From Sumerlaeia bacterium (GTDB lineage Bacteria > Sumerlaeota > Sumerlaeia > SLMS01 > JAHLLQ01), in assembly GCA_040219255.1 (NCBI GenBank), contig JAVJSW010000068.1:96001-160000 (forward strand): DNA of 64,000 nucleotides, written 5' to 3'. Below the pieces are notes generated by a model. The model made no database searches, was not told where the DNA came from, and worked only from the letters and a program-made list of their open reading frames with translations. Numbering within the stretch: the stretch's first letter is position 1; each line of letters starts with the position of its first letter. The position numbers and the translations under genes were made by a program. Shown here one piece after another: positions 9,098 to 20,200 of the stretch.

Positions 9098-11344
9098 TTA
9101 CGATTTGGCCTCGCGGAGCCGCTTGTGTTCTTGCAGGCGCCCCTTCAGTTCGCGCAGCGCCTCCTTGCTCCCCGCACTCTCGCCGCCATAGCGCCATTGC
9201 TCGTAGCGCCGCTCCGCCTCACCGACGATCGCGGCGGGCGCGCCGCCCACCGCACCCGCTTTCCGGATCAGTTGTTGGGGCGTCATATGGGTCCAGCTCT
9301 CCGGCGCGGGAAGCCGTTCCGAGCCCTCCAGTGCCAGCCCCTTCACCAACTCCACCAGCGCTTGCGGCGGTGCCGGGATTGGAGACTCATCGGCCCGCGC
9401 CGCGGGCCGGCGCCGTTTTCTCCCCGACCAATGCTTTTCGATCCAGTAGGCCCCGCCATTGATCAGCAGGAGCGCCACAAACGCCAAGACCACCCGGGGC
9501 TTCGCCGCATTCTCTTCGATGCGGTTCCATGTCCTCGGCAGCAGACCCCGCTCGAACGCGCCCAGAGTTCCGGCCACTCGGTTCTTCGCCGTGCGCAGCA
9601 ACGTCTGCTGATAGTCCGCGTCGTAGCTCAGGAACCGCTGCCGCAGCCCGTCCCTCAGGGCTCCAATGGCCGCCCCGGTCTGCGCCAGAAGCGGTTGCGT
9701 CGCCGTCAGGGTCGACACCGGCGCGCTCGGCGTCGGATCGAACGCCACCCAGCCTTCCCCCTCCAGGAAGATCTCGACCCAGGCGTGGGCGTCCGCGTGG
9801 TGGAAAACCAACTCACCCCGCGCCGCGTCGAAGTCGCCTCCGTGATAGCCCACCACAACCCGCGACGGCAGATCGAGGCTTCGGGCAAGAATAGCCATCG
9901 AACTCGCGAAGAGTTCGCAATGGCCCTCCATCGAACCGCTCAGGAACCGCAGCACCGCGTCCGGCGCTTCCGATTCTCCGCCGCTCTGGCGCAGCGATCT
10001 CAAGTCCGTCGTGTAGCGCCCGTTACGATGGAAAAACGCCGTCAGCGCCGCCGCCTTCTCCCGGTCCGTCGAGGCCGTTCCCACCGCCTGACGCGCGAAA
10101 CCCAGCAGGTGGCGCTGCGGAAAATGAGCGGGCAGCTCACGGTGCGACGCCAGGGGAAGCGCCATGTTGCGCGCGTTCTCCCGCGGCGTTGTCGTGACCT
10201 CCAGGGTTCGGGGATAGGAGCCGCCTTCCGGCAGCCGCACACTGCCGTCGCGCTCGGCGAAGGCGCCCTGGCTACCCAGACCCCCGATCGTTACCGTTCC
10301 TTCCGGCAGGGGCAGGAACGGCATCGGCAAATGCGACAGCATCAGTCCGTAGGTCTCCCGTCCCGCTTCCGGGGCCTCGCTTTCGCCTGGAAGGCGGACG
10401 ATCCGCTGAGGCGACTCCTCCAGCCGCACGGCGCATTCCGTCAATTTCGGGTCCCGATACCAGCGGTCGCCGCGGAATTCCGACAGCGACATCGTCCGGA
10501 TGCGCAGGCCGCTCAGCCGCGGAGCCGGCCCTTCCCCCGTCCGCAGACGCATCGCCACGCCCGGCATGGCCTTCAGTTGGCTGAGGGAACGCAGGTCCAT
10601 CGAGGCGCTGCCAAAGACCTGCTCCAGCGCCACGGCACGCCTCTGGGCCATGCCCATCTGCGCCAGCCAGCCGCTCTGCTCTTCCCCATTCGAACGGGGT
10701 AAAATCAGAAAAATCAGTGTGCTGAGGAGCGCGCCCGCCATCGCCAAGGGAAATTTCGGATGGGCCGCCAAGCGGGGGTTCGCGGATCGAAGATTTTCCA
10801 CCGCCGCTCGATTGGGGGCTGCCGCCAGCCTCTCCGGCGGCGCGCTTCCCAAAGCCAAAAACGCCCCCAAAGACAAAACGCCCCAGAGGAGAGTCAGCAG
10901 CATGAGCGTCAGCGTCGCCCCGCCCATCGCCGAAAAGGCCAGCAGCGCGGACGCCAGAAGCCACGTCTGCAAAAGGCCCCGGCGCACCGAGCGCACCGGC
11001 AGCGAGAGGGATCTCAGCAGAAGGAACGACCCGCAAAGCAGGCAGATGTGGAGCGGCGAATAGCCCGAATGCACCACCGATTCGGTGATCGCCAGCACCA
11101 GGAAGAGGCCCGTGGCCCAGTTCCAGGCGGAGCGGTAGGCGGCCGGAAGCCGCAAATGGCTCAGCACATGGCCCGGCAGGGCCAGCACCCCCGCCAGAAT
11201 GACCCCCAGCGGCGGACCATAAGCCACCGCCGCCGCCGCGACGAACCCTAAAGCGGCCAGCGCCAGCCGATAGCGCCCCAGCCCACGGCCGAAGGCCTGG
11301 CCCAACGAGGGCTCAGTAGCGCACGATGGTGATGATGTCGCCAT
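9098..11344 (-). CDS. Membrane transglutaminase-like protein (TgpA/DUF3488 type)
   Basis: Multiple TM helices; GHCELFAS, HAWVE, FDPTP Cys-His-Asp triad; true start may be a few codons downstream. Confidence 0.85.
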   Translation of the reverse strand: MATSSPSCATEPSLGQAFGRGLGRYRLALAALGFVAAAAVAYGPPLGVILAGVLALPGHVLSHLRLPAAYRSAWNWATGLFLVLAITESVVHSGYSPLHICLLCGSFLLLRSLSLPVRSVRRGLLQTWLLASALLAFSAMGGATLTLMLLTLLWGVLSLGAFLALGSAPPERLAAAPNRAAVENLRSANPRLAAHPKFPLAMAGALLSTLIFLILPRSNGEEQSGWLAQMGMAQRRAVALEQVFGSASMDLRSLSQLKAMPGVAMRLRTGEGPAPRLSGLRIRTMSLSEFRGDRWYRDPKLTECAVRLEESPQRIVRLPGESEAPEAGRETYGLMLSHLPMPFLPLPEGTVTIGGLGSQGAFAERDGSVRLPEGGSYPRTLEVTTTPRENARNMALPLASHRELPAHFPQRHLLGFARQAVGTASTDREKAAALTAFFHRNGRYTTDLRSLRQSGGESEAPDAVLRFLSGSMEGHCELFASSMAILARSLDLPSRVVVGYHGGDFDAARGELVFHHADAHAWVEIFLEGEGWVAFDPTPSAPVSTLTATQPLLAQTGAAIGALRDGLRQRFLSYDADYQQTLLRTAKNRVAGTLGAFERGLLPRTWNRIEENAAKPRVVLAFVALLLINGGAYWIEKHWSGRKRRRPAARADESPIPAPPQALVELVKGLALEGSERLPAPESWTHMTPQQLIRKAGAVGGAPAAIVGEAERRYEQWRYGGESAGSKEALRELKGRLQEHKRLREAKS

Positions 11345-12059
11345 CGGTCTCCGTGGACGTCGGGGTCCAGTTGCGAGTCTTCATGTAGCGTTGCAGCTTC
11401 TCATTCATTTCCCGTTGCCGATTGTAGGCCCGTTCCTGCGCCAGTTGGATTTTCTGCTCCGCCGTCAGGGGAGCGATCAGTCCCAGCCGCTCCATCTCTT
11501 CGGGCTCCAGCGCGCCGCTCGAACCGGTCTCTCCCACCTCCGCATCGCTCTCCGAAACCGACAGGGCGGCCGATTCCACAGCCATCGGGTTCAGATCCGA
11601 GTTGCCCCCACCCAGCGAACCAACCCCTGGACGAGCCGGAACGAGGCCGATCGCCTCCGCCAGATCGCGAGGCAAATCGTAATCCCCGTCGGGCCCTTGA
11701 CTGATCAGCACGAAGGCGACCCCGGGAATCTTCGGCCGCAGATAGACGTAAGAGGCGTTTCCCGGCTGGGAAGCGAAGGGGTCTTCCGGCAGCGAACCGA
11801 TGTAGGCGGTGGGGCGTTCGAGCGATTCCAGGTGGACGTCTCCCGGAAGGGCCGAGTAATCCATGCGGTAGTTTTCCAGGGCGCGGGTCAGCACCCGGTG
11901 ATCTTCCTTCACCTTGCTGTACTTCGTGCGATTCACCAGGGCGCCGGTGGAGAAGACCGCTAAAACGGCGAGAACGGCCGCGACGGTGACGACGACGGCC
12001 AGTTCGAAGAGCGTCATGGCTCGGGCGTGGAAGCGGTGGTTGGGTAAGCGGCGACTCAT
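11313..12059 (-). CDS. Type II secretion GspG-like pseudopilin
   Basis: Prepilin site A|MTLFELAVVV, ALENYRMD, PEDPF, SQGPDGD; GGAGG upstream of ATG 12059. Confidence 0.8.
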   Translation of the reverse strand: MSRRLPNHRFHARAMTLFELAVVVTVAAVLAVLAVFSTGALVNRTKYSKVKEDHRVLTRALENYRMDYSALPGDVHLESLERPTAYIGSLPEDPFASQPGNASYVYLRPKIPGVAFVLISQGPDGDYDLPRDLAEAIGLVPARPGVGSLGGGNSDLNPMAVESAALSVSESDAEVGETGSSGALEPEEMERLGLIAPLTAEQKIQLAQERAYNRQREMNEKLQRYMKTRNWTPTSTETDGDIITIVRY

Positions 12060-12179
12060 GGGGCCTCCGGGCCATGACAACGGATCGTGGGCAAGACGCC
12101 CCTTGCATCACAAGCGCTTGCCGGAAAATGACTGTTGCCGGTCGCCTCGGGACCCATGCTTTTCGGAAATTTCAGGGCC

Positions 12180-12983
12180 ATGCTTTCACTGTTCCAGAAT
12201 ACATTTGTCGAGACGCTCGGCCGACTTACCATGCGATTGATGCGGGAAACAGGCACGTTTGCACGCTTCGTCTTGCAATCTTGGGGCCGATCCCTCTCCC
12301 CCCCGTGGAATATTCGCCTCATCCTCGACCAGATGGGCGCCATCGGCGTCAATTCCCTCCCCATCGCCCTGCTCACCAGCATTTTCGTCGGCCTCGTCAT
12401 GGTGCTTCAGATGGGATGGCAGCTGATCAAGTTCGGCTCGAAGAACTACGTCCCCGGCATCTCCTTCATCGCCAACGCCCGCGAACTCGTCCCCGTCTTC
12501 ACCGCCTTCGTCGTCGGCGCCCGCGTCGCCAGCAGCATCGCCGCCGAACTCGGCACCATGCGCGTCACCGAGCAGATCGACGCTATGGACATCCTCAACG
12601 TGGACCCGATGCGCTACTTGGTGGCGCCCCGGGTCATCGCCGCCACGGTCATGCTGCCCATTATCAGCGCTCTGTGCCTGCTGGGCGGTTTTTTCGGCGG
12701 CATGGCGGTGGCCGCCGGTCCGCTCAACATCAGCCCCGCCGAGTACTACATCATCACCACCAAGTTCGCCTACCTGGAGGACGTCTTCTCCGGCCTCTTC
12801 AAGACCATCGTCTTTGGCAACGTCATCGCTTTAGTCGGGTGCTATTTTGGGTACAGCACCCGGGGCGGGGCGGAGGGCGTCGGCAGGGCCACCACAACGG
12901 CGGTGGTCATCACCCTGCTACTGATCCTGGTGTGGGATTTCTTGCTGACTCAGGGGATTCTCTTGGTTATGGGTCGGCTTTGA
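12180..12983 (+). CDS. mlaE: MlaE-family ABC transporter permease
   Basis: RELVPV, AAELGTMRVTEQIDAM, PRVIA, GGAEGVGRATT. Confidence 0.9.
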   Translation: MLSLFQNTFVETLGRLTMRLMRETGTFARFVLQSWGRSLSPPWNIRLILDQMGAIGVNSLPIALLTSIFVGLVMVLQMGWQLIKFGSKNYVPGISFIANARELVPVFTAFVVGARVASSIAAELGTMRVTEQIDAMDILNVDPMRYLVAPRVIAATVMLPIISALCLLGGFFGGMAVAAGPLNISPAEYYIITTKFAYLEDVFSGLFKTIVFGNVIALVGCYFGYSTRGGAEGVGRATTTAVVITLLLILVWDFLLTQGILLVMGRL

Positions 12984-13234
12984 TATCTTTTCTAATTGCG
13001 TCACACCCTCCCCTCTCCCTACCTTCCACCGTCCCTGGGGCACGACTCTTGATCGGCCCTAGGTAGGATTTTACCTACCTCGGTGGAGGATTTCCCTCGG
13101 AACGTGGCAAAGGTGCATCCTTCAACCCCCCGCTCCGTCCCCGGACGGTGTACTTGGGAAGATCAAAGAAAGGCTTGGAAGGGGAAGACAGATGATATCG
13201 CTTCGAATCCAAATCCGCGAAGGCGGTGAATCTC

Positions 13235-13921
13235 ATGGCTAGAACGGCACGCGTCATTGCGGTGCGGTATCCGCACCACGTGTTGCAGCGCGGGAATTTT
13301 GGCGCGCCGGTGTTCATGAATGACGAAGATCGTTCGACTTATCTTGAGCGCCTGCGGACTTGTGCCAAGGAAAACAAACTCGAGGTGCTGGCTTATTGCC
13401 TCATGCAGAACCACATCCACATCGTGGCTGTGCCCAAGCAGGAGGAAAGCTTGGCGATGGCCTTGCGCCGCACCCACAGCTTCTACAGCCGCTACCTCAA
13501 CTCCCGGCTCGACCGCGTGGGGCACGTCTGGCAGAACCGCTTCTACTCCTGTCCCGTCGACAAAGACAAGGTCTGGCCGCTCGTCAAGTACGTCGAGCAG
13601 AACCCAGTCCGCGCCGGACTCGTCAAGGACCCGTGGGAGTACCGCTGGAGCAGCGCTCCGGCCCACTGCGGGCTTACCGACGATCCGCTCCTCGCCAAGA
13701 ACTGGCCTCCCAAGGGAGCCGTCGAGGACTGGAAGGCGTTCTTGAAGACCGACTTGCCCGAGGACGAAGTCGAAGCGGTACGCCGCTCGACCATCCGGGG
13801 TCAGGTGTGGGGCGGCAAAGCGTTCATCGAACGCCTCGAGAAGAAACTGGAACGTCCCGTGGGGCCTCGCCGCATCGGCCGGCCGCCCAAAGCGGACAAG
13901 AGCAAGCGCCCGAGTCCTTGA
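13235..13921 (+). mobile_element. Y1 HUH transposase, REP-associated (RAYT)/IS200-like
   Basis: PHHVLQRGN, YCLMQNHIH (HUH), YVEQNPVRAG, YRWSS; upstream hairpin AGGTAGG/CCTACCT at 13061-13080. Confidence 0.88.
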
Positions 13922-13970
13922 CCGGTTCGGCCGCTCCGGGTCCTCCCGGGGACTCTGGCACTGACTGACA

Positions 13971-14005
13971 AACAGCCCTGGAACCGTTCCGGTTCCAGGG
14001 CTGTT
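13971..14005. terminator. Bidirectional terminator-like hairpin
   Basis: Perfect 15-bp stem AACAGCCCTGGAACC / GGTTCCAGGGCTGTT between convergent genes. Confidence 0.75.
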
Positions 14006-14047
14006 CTCATATCCCGCGGCGTCTTTCGCAGCGCTTCGCCGCCGGGG

Positions 14048-14764
14048 TCAGGACTCGCCGGCCATCGTGGCGATGATGGCGTTCACTTCCGGCAAAACCG
14101 CTTCCACCGCTTCTTCCTGGCCGGTCATTTTGAAGAAGACCGAGCCTCGCGGGCCACCTTCGATGACGGCGCCGTAAAGCGCCGAGCCCGGCACCGGCGA
14201 GTTCGACCCGCCCGCCATGGGCATGCGCGATGGCAACAGCGTTCCCCGCGCCATCACCGTTGTCACCGTCAGACCGCCCACCTCGGCGGTCCCTGTCCGC
14301 GGCTCGCCGCTGACCTCCATCTGGCCGATCCAGCGGTCGATGTTGGCTTGCGCGGTGCCGCCCTGGCCAGGGCCGAAGTAGTAGATCACCAGCGTGGGCC
14401 CTTCGCCTTCGCCTTCCGGGGCGGGGGCGTGGAACTCCGCGGCGCGCATGGGCCCCAGCTCATCCTGGGGCGTGGCGGTCCAGCCTTCCGGCAGGGGAAT
14501 CTCGAAACCGGCCACATTCGCCCCGGCTGGCGCGTCGGCCGTGGCGCGCACGGTTTGCGTGCCGGGCGTGGGCGAAGGCGTCGGTTCGGGAGTTGCCGTG
14601 GCCACCGCCTCGGCGGCGCCGGTCTGGCGGTTGACGTACTGCTCGGCTTCTTCGCCTTCGAGTTCGTAGTAAACCTGTTCGTCCTTGCAGGACGCCAGCG
14701 GCAGCATGAGCGCCGCCAGGGCCAGCAGGCTGACAACACGGGGCATGGGGGGTAGAGTCATCAT
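14048..14764 (-). CDS. Hypothetical lipoprotein
   Basis: Lipobox LASC, Pro/Thr linker, globular domain with GG..QANIDRW; ATGA overlap with upstream gene. Confidence 0.75.
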   Translation of the reverse strand: MMTLPPMPRVVSLLALAALMLPLASCKDEQVYYELEGEEAEQYVNRQTGAAEAVATATPEPTPSPTPGTQTVRATADAPAGANVAGFEIPLPEGWTATPQDELGPMRAAEFHAPAPEGEGEGPTLVIYYFGPGQGGTAQANIDRWIGQMEVSGEPRTGTAEVGGLTVTTVMARGTLLPSRMPMAGGSNSPVPGSALYGAVIEGGPRGSVFFKMTGQEEAVEAVLPEVNAIIATMAGES

Positions 14765-15867
14765 TCGGGGTCGTCTCCTCGTCGTTCGAATCCGGGAATT
14801 GGCAGGCCCTCGAGCGAACTGCGCCGGCGCGTGTCGTTCGCCAGGAATTCGGCCACGACAGGTTGGTGGGGCGAAACCCGTTCCCAGGTTTCCGGCGGCA
14901 GCCCGGGGCCGATACGCACCGATTCGGGAACGTATTCCCGAACCATGTTGCGGTTTGGCATCAGGTATTGGCGATGCAGAGGCGAGGTGGTGGGGTCGTC
15001 GCTGGTTTGCAGCAAATCGAAAAAGGCCACGCCGCCGGTGGCGCCCCGCAGCCGCTGCACCTCGTCGCTGCCCGGGCGCGCTCCCAGATCGCCCGCCACG
15101 ATGATGTTCGCGCGCCGGCGCTCGCGCAGAAACCGCGAAGCCTGGGCCTGAATCAGGTCCACCTGACCGGCGCGGATTCCTTGATTGCGGGGGCCGTCGC
15201 CTTCGCGAAGGCGGGCGCCGAACAACGTGAACTCATAGTCCTTGTTCACGAAAACATCCACCGCCCAGAGTTGACTGTTGTCCTGGCGCTGGTACGATGG
15301 CGTGAAGCCGTCCTCCTCGATGAACCCGTCGATCGGCGTCGTCACATCGCGATAGGAATAGAAAACGCCGAGGGGAACCCGGCTCGCCAGGACCGTATTG
15401 CGGTCCGTGTCGAGAGACTTGGAACTGGTGAAGTACCGGTAGCCGGTGTTCGGGAAAAGCTCTTCGGCCAATTCGCGCAGGTAAATCGGGCTCTCGAAGC
15501 CCTGTAAAATCAGCACGTCCGCCTCCAGGGCGCGCACGCCTTCGGCGAATGCACCCAGGCGTTCCGAGTCCAGTCCCCGTGCGTCTCGGCCCCGGGGCAC
15601 CCATTGGGTGGTGCCATCGTCGAGTTCGCTCTCGATGTAGGGATCGTCGAATTCGTCGACGAAGACACCCACGTTCCAGGTGGCGATTCGAAAGGTCGGT
15701 CCCGGGATGAATTCCTGATCGGGGGGGACGCGGACCATGGCGCGATCGAGCCGTAACGGCAGCACTCTGCGCGTGGTGTTCTGGCATCCGGCGGCCAGCG
15801 CGCTCAACGCAAGCACGCAGAGAGGGAAAGCTTTCAGGAGGCGGCGGCGGAGAGTTGCGGAGGTCAA
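14761..15867 (-). CDS. Endonuclease/exonuclease/phosphatase-fold lipoprotein with degenerate active site
   Basis: RIATWNV, DVLILQG, AGDLG, SPHQPV mark the EEP fold; lipobox AAGC. Confidence 0.75.
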   Translation of the reverse strand: MTSATLRRRLLKAFPLCVLALSALAAGCQNTTRRVLPLRLDRAMVRVPPDQEFIPGPTFRIATWNVGVFVDEFDDPYIESELDDGTTQWVPRGRDARGLDSERLGAFAEGVRALEADVLILQGFESPIYLRELAEELFPNTGYRYFTSSKSLDTDRNTVLASRVPLGVFYSYRDVTTPIDGFIEEDGFTPSYQRQDNSQLWAVDVFVNKDYEFTLFGARLREGDGPRNQGIRAGQVDLIQAQASRFLRERRRANIIVAGDLGARPGSDEVQRLRGATGGVAFFDLLQTSDDPTTSPLHRQYLMPNRNMVREYVPESVRIGPGLPPETWERVSPHQPVVAEFLANDTRRRSSLEGLPIPGFERRGDDPE

Positions 15868-15968
15868 ATCGGAAGAGGCCGTCTGGTGAGCGGTTCGCCG
15901 GAACGGTAAAGTCCCACTGGCGGGAGCGATGCCCTACTTTGGTTCGGTCGCCAGGACAAGGCTCATCC

Positions 15969-17075
15969 TCACAACGCGATTTCGCGAGCCCGGAATGTGG
16001 AACTCTGGGGCGGATCGGGCGGATCCGCGGGAGGTTTCCCCGGGTCGGCGGATGTGGTCTTCGCGCCGTCTCGCGCCGGGAAGGACGTGTCCGCCGGCAA
16101 CGTGGCGCAAAGTTCGGTCCGGTTTCCCGTCAGCGCCACCGAAACCGAACCCGCCGGGCCCTCCAGAGACTTGCGATACCCCAGCAGTTCCAGCAATCTG
16201 TCGATCTCGGCGAGCATTTCCGCCGCGCTCTGAAACCGCGCCCCCGGGTCCTTGGCGAGAGCCTTCAGGAGAAAGGCCTCGATTTCCTCAGGCAGGTCCG
16301 GAGCCAGACTGCGCGGCTTCGGTGGCCTGGCGTGCAGGTGCATCTGAGCCGTCTCGAAACCCGAGTCGCTCATGAACGGCGGCCGGCCGCACAGAAGCTG
16401 GAAAATCAAAACCCCCAGCGAATACAAATCCGCCCGGTGATCGACGGCGGGATCGGCCAGCACAACCTCTGGAGCCATGTACAGAGGGGTGCCCACGCGG
16501 CTGCATCCGGCCGGATTGAGTCCCATCTCGCCCATGCGGAAAGCCACGCCGAAGTCCATGATCTTCAGCGTTCCGCGCCGGTTGACCATCAGGTTGGCGG
16601 GCTTGATGTCGCGGTGCACGACGCCCTCCGAGTGGACGTGGCGCAGACCCCGGGCAACCTGCCGGGCGAGTCCGAGGCTCTGGACCCAGGTAGGCAGACC
16701 CGTTTCCTGGAGCAAGTTGCGAAGGCTGTCTCCCTCGACGAACTCGAAGACGAGAGCCTGATTGCCCCAGATGTCCCAAGCCATCGCGTGAACCTGCAAA
16801 ACGTTTCCGTGAGGCGACAGCGAAGCCAGCAGCTTACCTTCGAAGGCCAATTGCTTCAGCCGCTCCTTACGCGTTTGCTCGTCAAAAAAGCCGGCCGGAA
16901 TCGTTTTGATCGCCACCGGTCTGTCCAGGCATTGCTGAGTGGCCCGGTAGACCACCCCCATCGATCCCCGGCCGATTTCCAGAAAGTCCTGAAAACCGGG
17001 GAGAGCCAACGGGTAAGCTGGCTTTCCAGAGGGCTTCGGTGCGGACCTTTGGGTGAGTCTCGCGGACTGGGACAT
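15969..17075 (-). CDS. Hanks-type Ser/Thr protein kinase (cytoplasmic)
   Basis: IGRGSMGVVY, VAIK, HRDIKPAN, DFG, GTPLYMAPE, DLYSLG. Confidence 0.93.
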   Translation of the reverse strand: MSQSARLTQRSAPKPSGKPAYPLALPGFQDFLEIGRGSMGVVYRATQQCLDRPVAIKTIPAGFFDEQTRKERLKQLAFEGKLLASLSPHGNVLQVHAMAWDIWGNQALVFEFVEGDSLRNLLQETGLPTWVQSLGLARQVARGLRHVHSEGVVHRDIKPANLMVNRRGTLKIMDFGVAFRMGEMGLNPAGCSRVGTPLYMAPEVVLADPAVDHRADLYSLGVLIFQLLCGRPPFMSDSGFETAQMHLHARPPKPRSLAPDLPEEIEAFLLKALAKDPGARFQSAAEMLAEIDRLLELLGYRKSLEGPAGSVSVALTGNRTELCATLPADTSFPARDGAKTTSADPGKPPADPPDPPQSSTFRAREIAL

Positions 17076-17291
17076 GGATCAAACTCATTGCAATGGAATT
17101 GTTGCATGATGGCGAATAGCTCGCCTCAAGACGAGAATACTGGACAAAGCACGGCGTATGCCCGAAAGTTTTTTTCGATCAAAACGTTTCCACTTCCGTT
17201 TTCCGCCGGAGCGGATCAGGCAGGGGTTGACCTTCTGTGTGATTCCTTGGGATTGCAGCGCCTATCCCGGCTCTAAGGGCTTTCCCGCCGC

Positions 17292-20200
17292 ATGGTTTCC
17301 GTTCCCTCCCCGCCTCCCTTCCTGCCCTGCCTCGTCCGGTCCGATTACGCGCCGGGCGGACAAAGCCTGGCGCGATTGGAGGACATTTTCCGCCGTGCGG
17401 CGCAATTGGGCCTCACCACTCTGGCGCTGGCCGATCCCATGTCCCTGGCCCAGGTGCCGGACGCCGACGCGGCGGCCCGCCGGTGGGGCATCACGCCGAT
17501 TTTTGGGCTCGAAATCCGGGTCACTCCCTTTATGGACCGCGAGGGTGGCGAGGACGCTTCCCCCGCCTGGCTTTACGCCGCCGACACGGCCGGTTGGCAA
17601 CGGCTCGTCGCCCTGCTGAACGACGCCCGGGGCCGCGCCACCCAGGGCAAACCGCCGGTGCTTTCCTGGGCCGATGTGTTCCGCGAGCCCCGGGGATTGG
17701 TGCTTCTCCTCGGAGGCGAGCGGGGCGAATTGACACAGGCCGCCTGTGAGAAGCGTGACAAACACGTCGAAGCGTTGATCGCCACCGCCCTGCGCGCCTT
17801 CGGCAAGCGCCGCCTCGGCCTCGCCCTGCCGCGGCCTGTGGACGCCGGGAGCGTGCGGGCCGCGCGGGCTCTGTGGACCCTGGCCCAGAACCGCGAGCTG
17901 CTGGCCATCGCGGCTCCGCCGGTGCGGTGCGCCCTGCCGGAAGACGACCTCGCCTGGAACGCCATCCGCCGTGGCCGGCGCGGCGAGCAGCCGACCACGC
18001 TCAGCGATCTCGCCCGGCCCCTGCGCGAGCGCGAGCACCTGCCGTCCCTGCGCGAAGCCGCCGAACTCTACGCCGATTTCCCCGGCGCCGTCGAGAATTC
18101 CGGCAAGCTCTTCACCCTCTGCCGCCCCATCGCGCCGGACGGTGGCGCTCCCCGCTTCGCCCGCCGCTTTCCCCGCCTTGTCTTCGAGCGCGGCGTGGAT
18201 GCCGACTCCTGGGTCTGGAACACGGTGTTCGAGCGCGCCGCCGAGCGCTACGGCGACCTGCCGGCGCGCTGGCGCGAGCGCCTCGACGAGGAGTTCCGCG
18301 CCTTTGCCGAAGCCAGCCTGATGGAAGGTCTCGCCTGTATGGCGCGCCTCGCTCAGGCCTTCGACCAGCGCGAAATCCCCCGCGGCCCCGGCGCCGGCTT
18401 TCTAACCGACAGCCTGGTGGCCGCGCTGCTGGGCATTACCCGGGTCGATCCGCTCCGCCACGATTTACCCTTCGCCCTGCCCGCCGACGTGGCGCAGCGC
18501 CCCTTCCGCCTGGATGTGCCTTCCGGGGCGCTTGTGGAGGCCGAGCGCATCCTGCGGGGCCTTTTTCCCGGGTTTCACTGCGAGGTCGGCCGCTGGATGC
18601 GCTGGACGCCCGCGCTCGCGCTCGATCGGCTCCGCCATGCGCTCAAACTCGATTCGCCAAGGATGCCATCGCCAGAGGACCTGCGCACCGCCCGCGAGTC
18701 CGACGCCATCGCCCGCGAGGAATCCGCCGGCGACCCCGATCTCTCCCTCGGCCTCGACGATCCCCGGGGCATGGCGTGGCTGCTGGCGCGGCTCGAGGAC
18801 CGGCCCCGCCTCCTCGAACCGGTGCGCGGGCTCTACGCCCTGACGGCGGAGAGCGCCGTCTCGGCGGTGCCGCTGGCGGCGGGAACGCTGGCCGAGTGGG
18901 ACCGCGACGCCATGATGCGCGTGGGCGCCGGGCTGATCGGCGTACAGAGCGACGATCTGCTGGACCTGGCGGAGGAAGGGGCGGAATGGCTGCGGCGCAC
19001 GGGCCGGCGCTCTTTCCGCGCCGAGGCCACCGCCCTCGATGACCCGGAAGCCTTCGCCATCGTGCGCGAGGGCGCCACCTCGGGCATCGGGCCGCTCGAT
19101 TCGCCGGTGCTCAAGCGCACGCTGCGGGCTCTCCAGCCCACCGATTTCCCCAGTCTGCAACGCGCCATCGACCGAGACAGCGCCGCGCCGGACCGCGAGC
19201 CCGTCGCTTTCGACCGCCTGCGCCTGGGGCTGGAATGCGCGGCGGTGCGGGGGCGGGACGGAGCCTGCTTCTACGCGGCGGCGCTGTCCCAGGCTCAGGG
19301 CGACCCGCGGCGGGTGGCGATGCTGCTGGCCGAGGCGCGCCGCGAGGGCCTGGAAATCGCCCCGCCGGACGTCAATCTTTCCCAATGGCGCTGGTCGCCC
19401 GAAGGCCGCGGCCTGCGCGTGGGGCTGATGGTGGTCAAGGGCTTCCCCCGCAGCGCCTATCGCGAAGTGGCCGACATCCGCCGCTCCATGCTCTTCGCCG
19501 ACACGGCGGATCTTCTGCGGCGGACGAACCCCGCGGCGGTGCGGCGGCTCCATATCGAAGCCCTGGCCCGGGCGGGGGCCCTGGACGGCATCGCGCCGGG
19601 GCGGGCGGCGATCCTGAGTCTCCTGCCGCGTCTCTTCGATCACCTCAGGCCCGAGGAAACCCGCGATACCCAGGCCATGAGCTTTTTCGGCCAGGACCCG
19701 CAATGGCTCCTGGAGCAGCAGGACCCGGCCCTGATCGCCGCCCAGGCCTCCGGCGCCCCGGCGGACCCGCCCGACTCCTGGGAATCGCTGGCGGAGCTGG
19801 ACTTCGCCGCCACCGGTGTGGTGTTTTCCCTGACCCCCGAGGAGCGATACACCGACTTCCTGAAAGTCGCCCAGGTCAAGACGTCCGCCTCCCTCGACAT
19901 GCGCGACCGCGATCAGGTCGTCTCGCTTCTCGGCCACATCGTCGGTGCCGAACCCGACCCGCAAAGCGACACCGGCCGCTGGCTGGCCGATTGCGGCGGC
20001 TTTTTCGCCGAACTGGACGAGCACCGGACCGAATTCGCCCGCGACAGCCGCAACGCCCTCGAACCCGTTCTGGTCACCGGTGAGTTGCGCCGTGAAGGCT
20101 TCTCCTGGATCGTCCGGGCCCGCCGCATGGAGCGCCTCTCGGAAGCCGATCGACAAGCCCGCCGCGCCGACCGCCTGGAGGTGGACATCGGCCGGCTGGA

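Noticed and set aside
12180-12983. mlaE without mlaF/mlaD, and ubiX (61326-61961) without ubiD
   Set aside because: Dispersed pathway genes are common; partners are probably elsewhere in the genome.
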